DNA from: Lytechinus pictus | Taxonomy: Eukaryota | DNA: 64,000 nt | Direction: 5' to 3' | NCBI RefSeq assembly: GCF_037042905.1 | Contig: NC_087245.1 | Location: 11,968,001 to 12,032,000, forward strand | Shown here: one piece after another, positions 14,201 to 29,200 of the stretch | Position numbering within the stretch: position 1 is the stretch's first letter | How the letters are laid out: every line of letters starts with the position of its first letter | Program-made: the position numbers and the translations under genes | Notes under the pieces: generated by a model | Databases searched by the model: none | Seen by the model: the letters and a program-made list of their open reading frames with translations, nothing else | What the model was told of the DNA's origin: nothing

Positions 14201-17200
14201 ATATCACTCCCTTGTGTAGTGATGATGAAGAAGCAGGGGTCAAGATAGTCAAACTTGTCAAAAGTGTCGAACCTCTGGTGAGGACAAAATATGAGCAAAT
14301 ATTGGGCATGTAGATGATAATCACATTTTTTAGTTATTCATTATGTTCATTTACTGTTGAGTTATTGTTTCGGCGATTCTGTGTGGTGTTTCATAAACCT
14401 GTTTGTAACATTTATACAACTTTACACACAATTGGAAAGTGTTTTTACTCTAAAGTGCCAAACTAGCTACACAGGGATATATTATTTAACACAAGAACAG
14501 GTCACCAGTTGTGCTCAAAATAATGAGAAATTTACAAACAGCTTTTTAAATGACACCTGGTGTTGTTTACACCTATAAGTTTCCAAGATACCTGTACAGA
14601 TGTGGATATGTTGGCAATGTTGGACCAAAATATAACTACTGTTAAAATTTCATCTTACGAAGTACATGTATACAATCTACAAGTAGAGAGCGGGAAAAAT
14701 TGACTTGCCTGCTGATTTCCCATGTAATTGCAAAGTCAGCCACCAATATCTCAAGGGGTGGGATCTGCTTATTATACAATTTTTTAATGCATGGGAGTGA
14801 TTAAGTAAAGTGTTATGGATTATATTAAGAGTAATCTTTACTCTTTATTTGTTCGTTTTTCAGGGAGCTACGATCAAATATGATCCAAAGACTGGAATGA
14901 TTGTGATTGCAAGGGTGATGCATGGAGGAGCAGCAGATAGGAGTGGTAAGTAAGGGAGATTGCATGGTCCAGCATTGGAATGCTCATTATACTAATGTCA
15001 CATCAATGAAACCAACTCCGAACCGATCAATGATTGGAAATAACATAATAAATTTGGATGATCTGGAGTTAGTTGCACTGGTAGGATTATGGGATTAGCT
15101 TGGAAGACCTTCAATACACATTTGTTCATAGATGCGTTTGCATGCATATTTTCATCAACATTTTTTATAGTCCATGGAAAGGATTTTTGCTCAAGATTTA
15201 AGAGTGAAATCAGGCTGTGCTTAATCGCCTGTGCTACATTTCAACATGATACATGAATCTAACATGAAATATTTGATGAGTATTGTTCATGGTAGCATGC
15301 TTAATCAAAGCATGTGACCTATCAGACCCACAGATAGAAAGTTAAATGTGAAGTGTGATTTGCACTTGACTACTGGTATCTGTAAAATACCTCTCAGATG
15401 GTTAAATCATTAAAATGAAGCCTTGTAAATAAAATTTTGCAAACATCACGGAACAAACGTGAAGGAATGGAAGAAAGAATTTTAACTTTTCCCAACACTG
15501 CATGGCCTTGTAACTTGTATTTTGAATAACTGACCATACAGGTTGGTTCAGGTATTGTGAACCTTTGTAGGCTTTTGCACGTGCATGTTTAGAAGATCCA
15601 TAGGTTCAAGCAGGTAAGGATAAAATGATGATACATGTAGCACTCCTATCCACGAACAACCTGCATATTAAAGGCTCCTCAATAACTTAGCTCGGTAACC
15701 TATTATTGTAGTCAAACTAAAGCATACATAGGGCAGGTCAACATTTACACCTGGGTGGAGACTGACAAATGTTAATCACTGTCCGTCTAAATGACATTAA
15801 TGCAGTGGTGAAACTTGAACATCAGGGTTTTAAGGTCTTTAGACTTCTCCACTGTTCCACAATGCCTGTACATAGTAATGGTAATGAATGTTGGCGTGAT
15901 TCAGTAGTGGGATTTGAACCCTAGACCTTATGGATCACAGTAGACTTTATCCACTGATTCACACACTTGTCCATATCAACAGTTAATGATACAGCATTGA
16001 AATGAATGTGTGGGCATGAGTCCATGCTTCAATTTCTAGGTTAGGATATAGATCTTAAATTGAATTCATAACGGGTGCAATCGGAAGCCAATGTGAGGAT
16101 CAGAGGATTCAAGTTAATGTGTTCTGATTTTCTTCATTTTGTTTATTCTCGCTCACTCAGCAGTGATCTTGGACATAGCTGTAATGCAGATATATGACTT
16201 GTCTTTTATAGATTCATGTATTCCACTTTCCATGCTGTTATAGCCTACAGTGGAGCTGTTCTTGGTTTCAATCAGAAAATATATAAGTGAATTCTACTTC
16301 CATCATTTCCACATATGATGCAGCCCCTCTTCACCTACTAGTATTTTATAACTGGGTGTTGCAAGATATTTGGAATCAATTGCGGGTCAATTTTAGGTTC
16401 TAAAATCAATCATAACTTGTAAAAATAATGACATTATTTGATATAGATGTGTACAGTATGCACATCAACCAACAAGCTGCTATTAAAGGGTGCTCCAATA
16501 TTACCCTGGCTTCTCTTGATGACCTATTAGTGCAAACATACATATAAGGAAATTTATCCCTGCTGGAATGCATTTACACTTTGGTCGCATTGCATAAAAG
16601 TTACTATTATAGTAACTTTGCCATCCAATGGTAACCACCATGGTGACACTGAACAACAGCCAATCAAACTCAAGGATTCTGTGCAAGTTACCATTGCATG
16701 GCAAAGTTACCAAAATGCAATGGGGACCTGATGGAATTGGAACCCTAGACCTTGTGCATCATGGTCTGGAGACTTGTCCACTGATCCATAACTCTTTGAA
16801 ATTGATTGTAGATTTAATGTACAATTTATTCTTTGCTACAGGTATTATGAATTGATTTGTTATGGCCTTTATTGATCTATTCATTTCAGTGGAAACTTAA
16901 ATCAGTTTCAGATAATTTGTTTGCAACCTATTCAAGATTTCTTTCATAATATTCGTCAGCTGGATAATAAGACCTGGTAGCATAAAATGTTTGATCCTGG
17001 ATTTTGATTGACTTTTATAGAGGAAGATTACCATCATTGAAGTCTTGTAAGCAGAGGTCCCATAACTGGGATGTTTATAAAAGAGGGCCCTGAATGATAT
17101 CATGCTGCATCTGATAAAATGATGACAAACTTTACTTGTAGTTTATGATAAAAAGTACATGTTGAAAAAAGGGGGAGGAGTGAAGGGGTGTTCAATAGGT

Positions 17201-20200
17201 TAATAGTAACCAATAAATTTGTAGAACCTCCAATTAAGAGGTCCAGTGAGTTTCTTCCAATCAGTTGATACCTTTCTGTCATGGCTTTTCAATAAAAAAA
17301 CTATGACAGCTGTAATTTATATTCCCAAATCAATAAATGACAATTCGGTATTAAATGGGAATTAAGAAAGTGGCTATTGAGGCTTATCTATAGGTACTTC
17401 ATCATCCAAGGTGTATGCTTTGTTGTCACTAAAACTTATCAAGTTGACACCTTTATTAATGCAGTTTAGGATGTTACCTTCTTTGAAGTCAGTTACCATG
17501 GAATTGCCCTCAAGATTGATTTTTATTGAGGAAATTGTTGGCTTTGCACTGATTGACTGAATTGGTTACTGAGTCAGTACCATGGGCTATAATCAGCTGA
17601 AAGATATTCCTGAAAGGACCTATTGGGAGAAAGCCAAATCTGGAAATTTCACCGCCCCCTGCTTTCAAGGGAAAATCCACTGGGATAATTAAGGGCAGAA
17701 CCACGAGAGAGAAACCTGCTGAATATTGGAATTTTTTTCCTACAAAACAATATCAGAGAATAATGCACCTGCACATTTGAAAAAGGTAGTTTTAAAAGTT
17801 TGAAAAAAAAAACCATATGTTGAAGATCTCTCCTGTTTTATTCTTACTGAGTCTATTAAAATCTTGGTTTAATGATATCACATGTATATTTTCCACACAC
17901 AAGAAATAATTTTAATAAATGCAACTTCTTCTACGTAGTTCTGACAGGGATATAGAGTTTATAAAGAAACATCTAGTTTGAACTTTTTGATGCCTTTACA
18001 CACAAAAAAAATTGAAAGGAAGCACTCCATTGCGTGAAAAATGTATTTTTAAAACTTATTTTAAAAATAGATCTTATTCTAATTGTGAAGTTTTATGTAG
18101 AAATGATCTTGGCATTGGATGAGCTCAGATTGATTCTTTCATGACCTTTGATTAGTAGACATTGTGGCAAGTTTTTGCTTTGTTCTCAAATCCCCCACTA
18201 AAGTCTTTTCTACATGTAATTGTACTACTGCACTCCTACCAAATGAAAAATGTAAAGCAGCTGTGAATGTATTCCTTTGTCATACTGAGAGGATAAAAAT
18301 TGTCTTAATCATACCATTAACTTATAATGACTTGGAATGAGTGAATAATTAAATTCAGCACTTCTTTATGTATGATTATTGTTCATTGAGCCTGAAGTCA
18401 TAGCTATGATCTAACAAGAAAAGACATCCAGGAAACAACGTGTAGCTATAATCCATTTTGTGTTAACAAGACCAAGGCGGTGTACCTGTTAAGTTGCAAA
18501 GTGACGTTTCAATGTGTACTGTGAGTTGCACTGTCACGACAGTCGACTTTGGTTAGATCAGCCTTCAAGCTAAGGGTCCGTCTCACAAGAAATTAAACCA
18601 CTAATGGCGTGGAAGGATTCCTCTTTGTCCGGTGCCAATTGGTTTTGTCATGTTGACCATAGTGATTTATTACTCCGAGGCACTTAGAGTCATTTCTCAT
18701 CAGGTTTTCCTGATCCTGTTTTCCCCAGTCATCCAGACACACCTGCTTGGAAAATCACAATGTTGTTCTTTTTCTCTATAGATAAGGTCAAACATTGATT
18801 AGGTCGAACATTGATGGAGTCGTCCAGGTCATGTCCTGTAGTTTTGCAATTGCTCTCTTTATTTTTATTTGATTTATTTTAATTTTTTTCTGTAAAAGCT
18901 CTTGAAAAAATTTGTATTACAGATATAGTTAGCAAAATAAAATTGAATTCAAAACATGTTTTTTAGTCGATACTTTTTGCGACATTACGAGGCTAAAGGC
19001 TGAATTACGTACACTGATAAGTAAAATTTAATGAAATGATATAAAGTGAATATTACATTTAACCATTCTTGGACATTTTCTTGAAAGGGTTATATACATT
19101 GTTGGAAGTAATGCATCATGTGTTTCCACATTTTCTATGTTGAAAATGCAAATGGATCCTGATTTTTATTTAAACATGAAAATTACAGTGTTCAAAAATG
19201 CTAAAAATCCTTATTTTGAATTCTTTGACCATTGTCAAAAGCATTGCCTTTTCCGCTATGAGAAGTGGTTCTATTAGACATGTACATGTAGCTTCAGTTT
19301 CTGGGAAAACACAAATTCAGTTAAAATTCATGATATTATAAAGAGAAAAAGGTTAGATTATTCCATGGTTGAAGTTCATTTATTTTTTCGTTGCGTGCAA
19401 TGGGACTGTCTGTAGTGACTAACACAATTGTCCAAGGTTCTTTTCATGACATTTGTGAGGCTCAGAACTTTAATAAATAAAGCCATTTTTATTGCATTAT
19501 TTTTGCACTATATTAGGATGAATATTAGGGGCACTATTTGAGAAGCTGAAATTGATGAAATTAAGGCAAGTTATTTGCCAGCTCTTCAAGCCAGCTCATT
19601 CTAGATATACATGTAAAAAGAGAATGAAATACTAGTAGCCATTTGGCTGGTACTAAAACGTACATCCTCTTGAGTCCCTGCTAACCTTTCGGCTCTCCCC
19701 TCCCCTCCTCGCATAAACATCATGAGATACATTCACACCCACCTTGTTAAAAACTTTAATTTATGATAACCTGTGCAGGCCTTAATATACATGTACCTGA
19801 TAATTGATATCACACATTCATACCTGCCTGAACAAGATTAAGTTTTTAAGAGTTCTACAATAGTACAAACCAGCAAAAAGTCTTCAAGATTCCTTGTATG
19901 GCAAATGTGTATATATTCTTGCCTTGCATTAAAAGTTTGGATGAAATGCTTTCACACCTGAAATATATCTTTGACCCTGGAGAAATTCCTGCAAAAATTC
20001 TTCTGATTAAAAAAGGTACCTACGAATTTAGGCTATTTTCCTCTAGGGATATTAACAGTTCTCTGCTTTCACACTTCCAAGATACCTGATATTTTCAAAT
20101 TTGGGTAGAATTCTAAATTAGTAAAATTATAAATGATGAGGCTGGTATGGAAGGAGCTATTGAGCCTTCTCACTGAATGTTTTGGGGATGTCCAGATTAC

Positions 20201-23200
20201 AGGACAGACATCCCCCGGAGGGTAAACTGGGAAAGACTGATAGCCTTAAGACTGTTTTATGCCTATTCATCACCTTACCAATTACCTGTTTCATTAGGAT
20301 AACACATTGACATATATTTAAACCAGACGCGGGCAGCAAAGTCTCGTTAATGAAGGGGAACGGCAGAACCGCTGTTTATAACTTCCTTTGTAAAATTTTG
20401 TTTGAAGACTCAACATGAGGTCTGGGTTAAGGATAATCCTATGTTTGAGGGAAAAAAGTACTTTCATATTGATAGAAATTATTAGAAATTCACATTATCA
20501 GTACCTTAGGGATAGGTAACTTCTGCTGGATCTTAGGAAGCTTCCTTGTGGATGAAGAATTCAAACGACACATTGGTCATTGTGAAGATTTGAATTGAAT
20601 TGGGAATTGTATTGAATTTAATTGGATTGGGACTCTGATGAAATTACATTGGGGGATATTGGGAATTGAATTGGGAATTAAATTAAATTGGAATATATTG
20701 TGAATCATATTGAATTGAATTCAAAGTGAATTGAAGTGGGAATTAAATTGAATTTAGCTGGCGGTTGAATATAAAATTAACATGATAACAAGTTAACGAC
20801 CGTTCATGACAATGGCAAATAAAAACCATACAGTACATAAATAACAATAGCACCCTACAGTAAGCCTAAATTCAACCAATCTTGAATAATCGCTTTAGAG
20901 TTGGTGCTAATTTCATAAGGCTTGATTCACCTTACCATGACCCAACAGTTTTAGGGAAAGAATCCCCATAGAGGTTTGAAGAGATCTTGGGGTATAGAGT
21001 TGAACCTCCCACTGAAATGCTGTGACCCCCAGTGATGCAAGATCCCTACTCCATAAAGAAAGTTTGAAGGGATCTGGGGGTGTAGAGTTGACCCCCCCCC
21101 CCCTGCCCCACTGAAATGCTGTGACCCTCAGTGATGCGAGATTCCTCCTACTCCTTAAAAAATATAAATGAATCCTGGTTTACCTTCATTTTTTAGTTTC
21201 AGTTAGGGTATATTTTAAAGGTAGGGATGAATAAGTTAGTTATTACACTATTCATCGAAGGGGGGGGGGGGTGGGGGAGGGGCTGTCATAAAGCTCTGCT
21301 GGTAGCCACTCTGGTATTCATTCTAAAATCCTTGATATTTAGATTGTATGTATTTGCTTCTTATGATTCAAAACTCACAGTATGGAAGCTTCTCAGAATC
21401 TTGTAATTTGTCATGTTTTCATAATCTTCTTCCTTTTTTTATCTTCCTTTGTCAGGTTTGATCCACGTTGGTGACAAGGTTCAGGAGGTGAACGGGATAC
21501 CTGTGAAGGGGAGAGACCCAGAGGAAGTGACCCATTTCTTGGTGAGTGTCTGATAACTCTAAGAGATAGAGGGCTCTGTCACCGGACGGAGAGTTACTCA
21601 ATCTTGACGACTCACAATACAAACAAATGTCTCTAACCCTCCCAAGGACAGGAGGATGATCATGATGAAGCTTCTTTTGTTTTGGGGGGCAACATCTCCT
21701 TCCAGCCCCCCCCCCCTCCCCTCCTCCTTACTTCCCATAACTTCCCTCCTATCTTTCCATTGCTTGGTTAGGGTCTTATTCATTTCCCCGAACAATTATT
21801 CTGGCATTTATTGAAGGAAATCCATACAATACCGATTCTTCAAGCCTCAATATAAAAGCCTGTATTATTTAAGTTTTAGTAATTTTGAAAATGACCTCTA
21901 AAGTATGATTTTAGTGTTGGTAAAATGAAAATTAAAAAAAAATCATAAACATATGTTGTGTGAAAGATTCAACTTAAAATCCATCAAGTATGGACGAGAA
22001 CACAAATTTTGGCATCCAATCTTTGTATATCTTTCTGATAATCGTTCAAAAGGCCTTTAGAGAGCATGCTATATCAATTAATGCTATATCAGTTAATGGC
22101 AATATCCAAATTTCTATTAGAAAAAAAATTGATCACGTGGTCTTTACACTTTTGTATTTTTGGAATATGCAAATGGAAGTCAAATATGAATTATGTTATT
22201 GAAACCATGGCTAAAATTCATCCAAAGCCAACTGAGTCCATGTTTTGTCCAAAGAGAATGGGGAAGAATTGAGGGAAATACAGTGTATGCTGAGTTGGGT
22301 AGACTGTGTATTGGAGCAATGGCACAAACATTCATAGGCCAGCATAAGTCTGACATCTCAGGATATGGTTTACTGCACTTCTGTTTGACCTTAGATTATA
22401 ACTTGAACATATTTAATAAAATGAGATCAGACAGGTATAAGGGGTGAAGATCATTTAAAGAGAATTATATATAGCAGTCTTAAACTGAAGTCTATGCTGA
22501 ATTGAGAACCTGTGAAGAATGTTCAGTAGTGGTGGAGTATGAGTGTACTTAGGCTGTGAACAGATAAGACATGGAGAGTGGTTTTGAAGCAGGTGAAGAT
22601 GATTGATGTTCTTAGTTGTAGCATCATAAAATGTATTGATGATACATGTACATAAAATATGACTGTATTATGGTTTGAGCCCTACAGAAGCTATTGTTTC
22701 CTATGCTATATTTCAAAAGGTAAAAATGGACTGTAATATTTTGGTTAGGCATCTGAATAGTCTTTTGCTTGCCTTAGTGTCAAACACCCCAAGAGGTCAT
22801 TATGCTGGTGTTAATCATAAAAATGGAATGAATTAAAAAGATACACAGAGTGAAATTCTTATTGACACAAGCAAGGTAGATATCCGCTCATATCCTTTGA
22901 AACAGCTGAAACCATGGCCCCAGAGAAACTAGTTTAATTAATTTCATTTGGAGCTGTGTGACGACTTTTCCAGTGGGGAAGAAGAGATATTAAAGTAGAA
23001 CAGTATGTTTTCGAGGAGACCGGAGGGATTGGATGTCCCATGAAGGAGAGTATCAGTTCTGACAATGATTCATAAGACTAACAACAGAGAAGGGGGAAAG
23101 GGCTTGAGAGGAAAAGCCAGGTGTTTGTGATTGGGTAGGGTTGCAGGCTAGGACTATCTTGGGACCATTGGTAGTAATCGCTGGCATCCTCTCCCCCACC

Positions 23201-26200
23201 CTTTCTAAAGAGATGATCTTCAACTTGCTTTTGTCCGAGCACTCCACCATCTTGGACGTGTGTCAAGTTCCATGCTTCGGTTGCAACAGAGACTGGAGAA
23301 TAGAGTAGCACTTGTTTATTAAAAAAGAATTGTTTGTTTGGTTGGGTTTTAAAATGAGAATGTAACTGTTCTCTTTAAAAGACACAATTTTGCACTCTTT
23401 ATCCCCAGAAATGTCACAATACTGTAGGTTAATAGATGAAGATCTTTTTTTCAGAAAGAAGAAATACTGTTTCATCCCCCTTGAAAAATACCCTTTCCTG
23501 CCCTCAATTTAAATGCCTTTTGGCAAGTATATGGCAACCCTGGCTGCAATATTACTAATATTGTTTGACCATTATTTGTGCACATTCCCTTCTTACAAAT
23601 ATTTAGCTTGAAGAAAGTCTTTAATGTGACCAATACACAACCATGTGAGGGTCCTTTTTGCATGATTGATATGCTATTTTAAAGACTGACTATCTTTAGT
23701 TAGGTCCATGGTTTTGGTATGAATTACATGTATGCTTAGACCATTATTCTAAAATCTTAAAAATGTGTTTAATAAATATGTCATTTTCTTTTATGAAAAT
23801 TTGAATTTCTTCATTGCTTTGCTTCAGCACACTCCATTGCCCTTTATGAAATATTATAATTATTATAAAGCAAGATGTAACATGTAAGTTCTAAGGTTTT
23901 TGTCCAATTCCATGCTTGAAATTGTGGAGCAGATTGATCCCAAGAGAGAGACAGAAAAAATATCTAGTACCTGGTTGTTTGTGTTTTACTTTATTCTGAT
24001 TGTAAACTTTTGCTATGATGTTATTCCAGTAATGAATCAATGAATCAGTAAATTCAATCTTGAAAATGAAGAATCTCCGAAACAAAACTTATTATTGGTA
24101 CTTGCACCATCTGTACACAAGAGATTCACAAGAAAAGTAATAATCTTCCAGTAACTTCATAGTTAATGAATAAACCCTACCTACTTATAAAGGACAAGTC
24201 CACCCCAACAAAAAGTTGATTCGAATAAAAAGAGAAAAATCCACCAAGCATAACACTGAAAATTTCATCGAAATCGGATGTAAAATAAGATAAGTTATGA
24301 CATTTTAAAATTTCGCTTAATGTCACAAAACAGTTATATTCACATCCTTGTCGGTATGCAAATGAGGAGACTGATGACATCACTCACTATTTCTTTTTAA
24401 TTTTATTATATGAAATATTCCAATTTTCTCCCTTGTCGTGTAAAACAACGATTAATTCCTCCCTGAACATGTGCAATTAGCATTAATACTATATGGTTCA
24501 ATCAAGTTGGTCCTTATTGTCAAATCTGTAAAAATTTGAAATATTGTTTTAAAAATTCAAACAATAAAAAACAAACAAAATAGTGAGTGATGGACATCGA
24601 TGTCTCATGTGCATGTCACTGAGTTGTGCATATCACTGTTTTGTGAAAAATAAGCGAAACTTTGAAATGTCATATCTCTCTTATTTTACATTCGGTTTTG
24701 ATGATATTTTAATAATAATAATAATAATATAGAGTATTTCTAAAGCGCCAAATCCACATTGATTATGTGCTCAAGGCGCATAATGATTGTTTGATTTTTC
24801 TCTATTTATTCAAAAACATTTTTCTGGGTTTTTTTCTGGGGTGGACTTGACCTTTAATGATATCAGATGACATCCTGTAAAAAAATGGTGTCATTTATTG
24901 AATTTCAAAATTTTGATGGGTTTAAAAATGACAGAACTCCACAATGCATTTATAAGGAAGTGAAAACAGTAATTATCATTTGTGTCAATGTTTGTAAATA
25001 TACAGGATGAATGGTAATAATCAAACCACATATTTAGATCAAACCAACCACTTAATAGCAGTTCAGACAATTTTTGTTTCCTTTTAAAATGACTAACATA
25101 CCACATTGTAAACAGTTGAAAATACAATGGAATGCAATAGTGCCAAGCAATGATTCCTACATGTATATTTCTTATTAAAAGAAAAAGTCCATCCTGGCTT
25201 CAACTTGGTTCATAAAAAAAATAGAAAAAGTTATCATTGAATTTTTACAGTCTATGATAAAAACATCAAAAGTTCTGATTTTTTAAAAATATTTTTATTT
25301 TGTAATGTCACATAATGTGATGTACCAAGTACTAAAGTTACATGAATTGCATTTTTTTTATTTAAAAAAGAAAGGATTAATATTATCTGCATGACACACA
25401 TTGCTTCATACAAATTTCTATGGAAAAATACTCCTTAATCATTATACATGTACATGTAAGTTATTTCAAAAGACAATTATGGTCCACATCATATGGGGAG
25501 CAGCTGGCTTTCATCATCACCAAATTGATATTTTAAATATTCATAACTCTGCATGAAAAGCTCATTCGATGGATTTTCAGCAAACCCATATTCTGCTTTT
25601 ATAATAATCCACATGACACCGGTGGATTTTCTCCTTCAATACAACATTTTCATCAAATTAAATGCATGAATTATAGATCATCAAAAGTAAATGATAATTT
25701 TTTTCCCCTGAAAGGTATTTTCGCTATGCGTGTAAATGAGCCTCGTAAACTGCCGATGTTGATTGAATCTTATCCCTTAATTTTCACCTTAATTACTAGT
25801 CTCCTAAACCCCAGGGGGAATGCTTCTCCTTTCCACTTAAAAAGACACTCATCAGGTTATACCCTTGTCTATAGTTAATTTAATTTTTAGTCAAGGAGGA
25901 GGGGTGCCCAATCAACCCTGCCCTCTTTGTTGACAGCCCCCTCTTGAGTCGAGCCATCTTGAAATCTAATCGACAGCTTGTCACTTTTCATAGGAATAGA
26001 CCACCGATCATATATCAGATATGATCATCATGATCATTATTCACTATGAAATTTGTCAAGAACTATTCAGTGTAAGGTGTATGGGATACATATAACCACT
26101 GGGATGTTTATTCTCTATCTTGTTAGGAAAATAACTTTTTTGTTTGACTGACTAGATAATCTATCAATTGATCATCTATCCAAATCCTAGCTTTCAATCT

Positions 26201-29200
26201 AAAAAAAATTAAACTGCCCTGCTATATCAAACAAAATAATTTCCTATCATAACCATATCTGGATTTTGTTTCACTCCTGAAAATGTCTATTTTTTGAGAA
26301 ACATGGCTTTGTTGACCAAGGATTGATAGTCTGTAAAGAATGAAAAATTGACCTAACCACATCTTCGAAATGATTGGAGTCTTCTCTCAGCCATCCTTAA
26401 ATTGTACAAGGTCTGTTGATTATCTATTCAGGAGACAACAGGACATGTTGTGAGATGTTTGATACTTCAACTTCTAAAAGAAAAAGAAAACTAGACCAAC
26501 AACAGCACGGCAGTTGTGTGTGTGAGTTGGTGGGTGTATGGTGTCCTGAAATGAAACGGCCGAGAATCACAACAATATGTCAGTGGAAATTCAATTTTAG
26601 GAGTCGGGAACCCCTCAGGAAATTGGTTGGATTTCACTTTCATTTCTCTTTTTGATTTGGAGAATTCACCCCCTCCCTCAATTTCAAGTTCTGTTGAAAG
26701 GGGCACAACAGTTGCCTCGGATGAAAATCATCTGAACATCCAGGGTTTCTGAATTTAGGTATTTTCCCTTTTGTTGTTGTTGACTTTGGAAGAAAAGATT
26801 TTTTTTCAAATGCTTTCTTGACTAGATAAGCAATATGAGGAAAGCAATAAATATTTTTAAATTTGCAAATTTTGTTTTGGTTTTCCATTTCAAATTCCAA
26901 ATTATTTTCATTAATATGTAACCTTGAGGACGTAATTTGTAGAAGATGATGTAATGTGGTTTTTTAGATGAGCCGATACAAGTGGGTGGAAGTTGTTTAT
27001 TCTAATTTTTAATCTCCAACTGCAACTACTTTACAGGAAATTACCTCTGACATTGAAATACTCCAGGATATTTTGCCAATCCGCCTGCAGTCAGGGGAAT
27101 TGGTTTGTCTCATGATTTTTTTTTAGATATGAATGCATTCTGATTCCATTGTTGTATCTTTGAATTTCACATTTGCATTAAATTCTGATGATTTTTATAA
27201 CATGTGCATAATGCATTACCAGGCAGGTCATGTTTAAATCCATGAAGGAATTTTTAAATCCAGGACCCTTAATAATAAAGCTTCTTTCATTTTTTTTCTG
27301 ACATTCAAAATGAAAATTCACCAGCCAATTTAAATAGTCTCATGTTCTCTGTATAAAGCGCAATGCATTAAGTTGCAGTGCGGTATAAGTAATTTCTTTG
27401 AATCTTATTGAAATTTGATCTAAGTTTACAATATTCTCTTTTTGCATTCTTGACATGGTCATTTTATAAGCTCCTGATTTTCAATTGATACTATATTTGC
27501 TTTAAAATTCAATTTTTTTTTTACTAAAGAATGAAAATGGAATAGTATGAAATTAATCTTGATCATTTTAAATCTCAGTATAGAAAAAAAAGTAGAATCC
27601 TCTTTGAAAAGATTAACACTTGTTGGGATATTCCATTTACAACTTCAAAATAATGATCATTGGAAAATTGCATCATTTGAAAAGATAGCAAGGCTTTCAG
27701 GGCTGTTTTACTACAAGATATTTACCACTTATATCCACACCTAAATATGTAGCTGAAAGTGGAATATCACTCACTAACTTTTTATTCTATGTTTAGGGAT
27801 ATGCTACCGTATAGTAATCAAGGAGATTATGTGTTGAATACCATATTGTTACCATGGCGACAAAACCTTATACCTCTAAATGTATGTAAATGCTTTCAGA
27901 TTCAAAAAAGGAAGCTGCCATTACACTGCTTCTAATCACAAAGTCTTCCATTTTACAAGGCATAATGACTTGTTATATGCGATCAAAAGCATGGATTTCA
28001 ACAGAATATCACCTCATAATAGTTATGAAAATGAATATATTCCAATCATATTAATGTGCACATGATGTATACATGTACATCTATATTTTTTTAAAACTTG
28101 AATTGAACATTGAAGCATGGTTTAGATAGATTTCATCATGTCTATAAACGTGATGTGTGGTACTGTAGTGGAGTGGTTGATATTGCTAGATGATGTTGTG
28201 TTCAAATGTGAAATGTACCAGCTTTTGTGGAGTGGTTACATGATGTTTGGTACTTTTAGAAGAGTAGGTTATAAGATGTTGTGTTTGACTCACTGACGGG
28301 AGGGTCAGATGTTAAGTTTAAGGAGGTGTGTCTAGTCATAGAGGTACAAAGAATGCCATTGGGAATACCCTAGGCAGCCCTACCCAACTATTCACCGCCT
28401 CATAAAACTTGGCCGGTCCCATCTTGTTTATATTTCTTCTTCATCTTGAACACTCATCTCCACGCTTCCTGGCATAAATAGCAAATTTCCCTCGGATTGT
28501 TGGTTAGAATAAAGGAATAAAAGGAGAAGAAACCATCTGATTTACCTTGAAATCGACCAGATTTGATCTGCGATATCTTTAGACATTATGTCAGATGGAG
28601 AATCCTTGTTTTCAGCACAAATGTCATTTATTGAATTGTTTTTATGTTGTTTAAAATTTAGTTTAGAAAGATCATGGTTTTGAGCTTCCCTTTTTATAAG
28701 ATCTAAAGATTCTTAACATCATCACTTCTTGGGATTGAAAGTGTTGTGCTACATGAAACATGATCTAGACAAGACTTTCACTTTTTCTGATATCTTGTGA
28801 ACTGCTGATGCCTTTGGCACACAGGGGCAGCACCAGGGTAGCCTACTAGTATTTTGTTTGGGGTGGCAATGAGACCTATTGGTGACGTCACTTTTGTTCT
28901 CAATTGAAGAATAGATTATCATAGAGTAATATGACGAGAAACTCTCTCTTTAAATACTTTTTCCCTTTTGACTCCCATTTTCAACCCTCTTTCTTATTAC
29001 TTGAAAAATCACAGAGGGTGAGGGTGACCACCCTCTTCCCCCCATGACGCTGGTCCAGAAAGCAGGGATATATTTGAAGGTTTTAACCATAAATGTTTAT
29101 TGAGATCTGAATCAAAGTAGTCTGATTTTTCACATAACTGAAGCTCCTGATGATACTTTTGACTCTGACTTTTTACTAGGGTGCCATCTTTATATAGCTT

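Noticed and set aside
15895..15965. tRNA gene candidate (B-box-like motif on - strand)
   Set aside because: No cloverleaf could be built, and several decayed related copies nearby indicate SINE heads.
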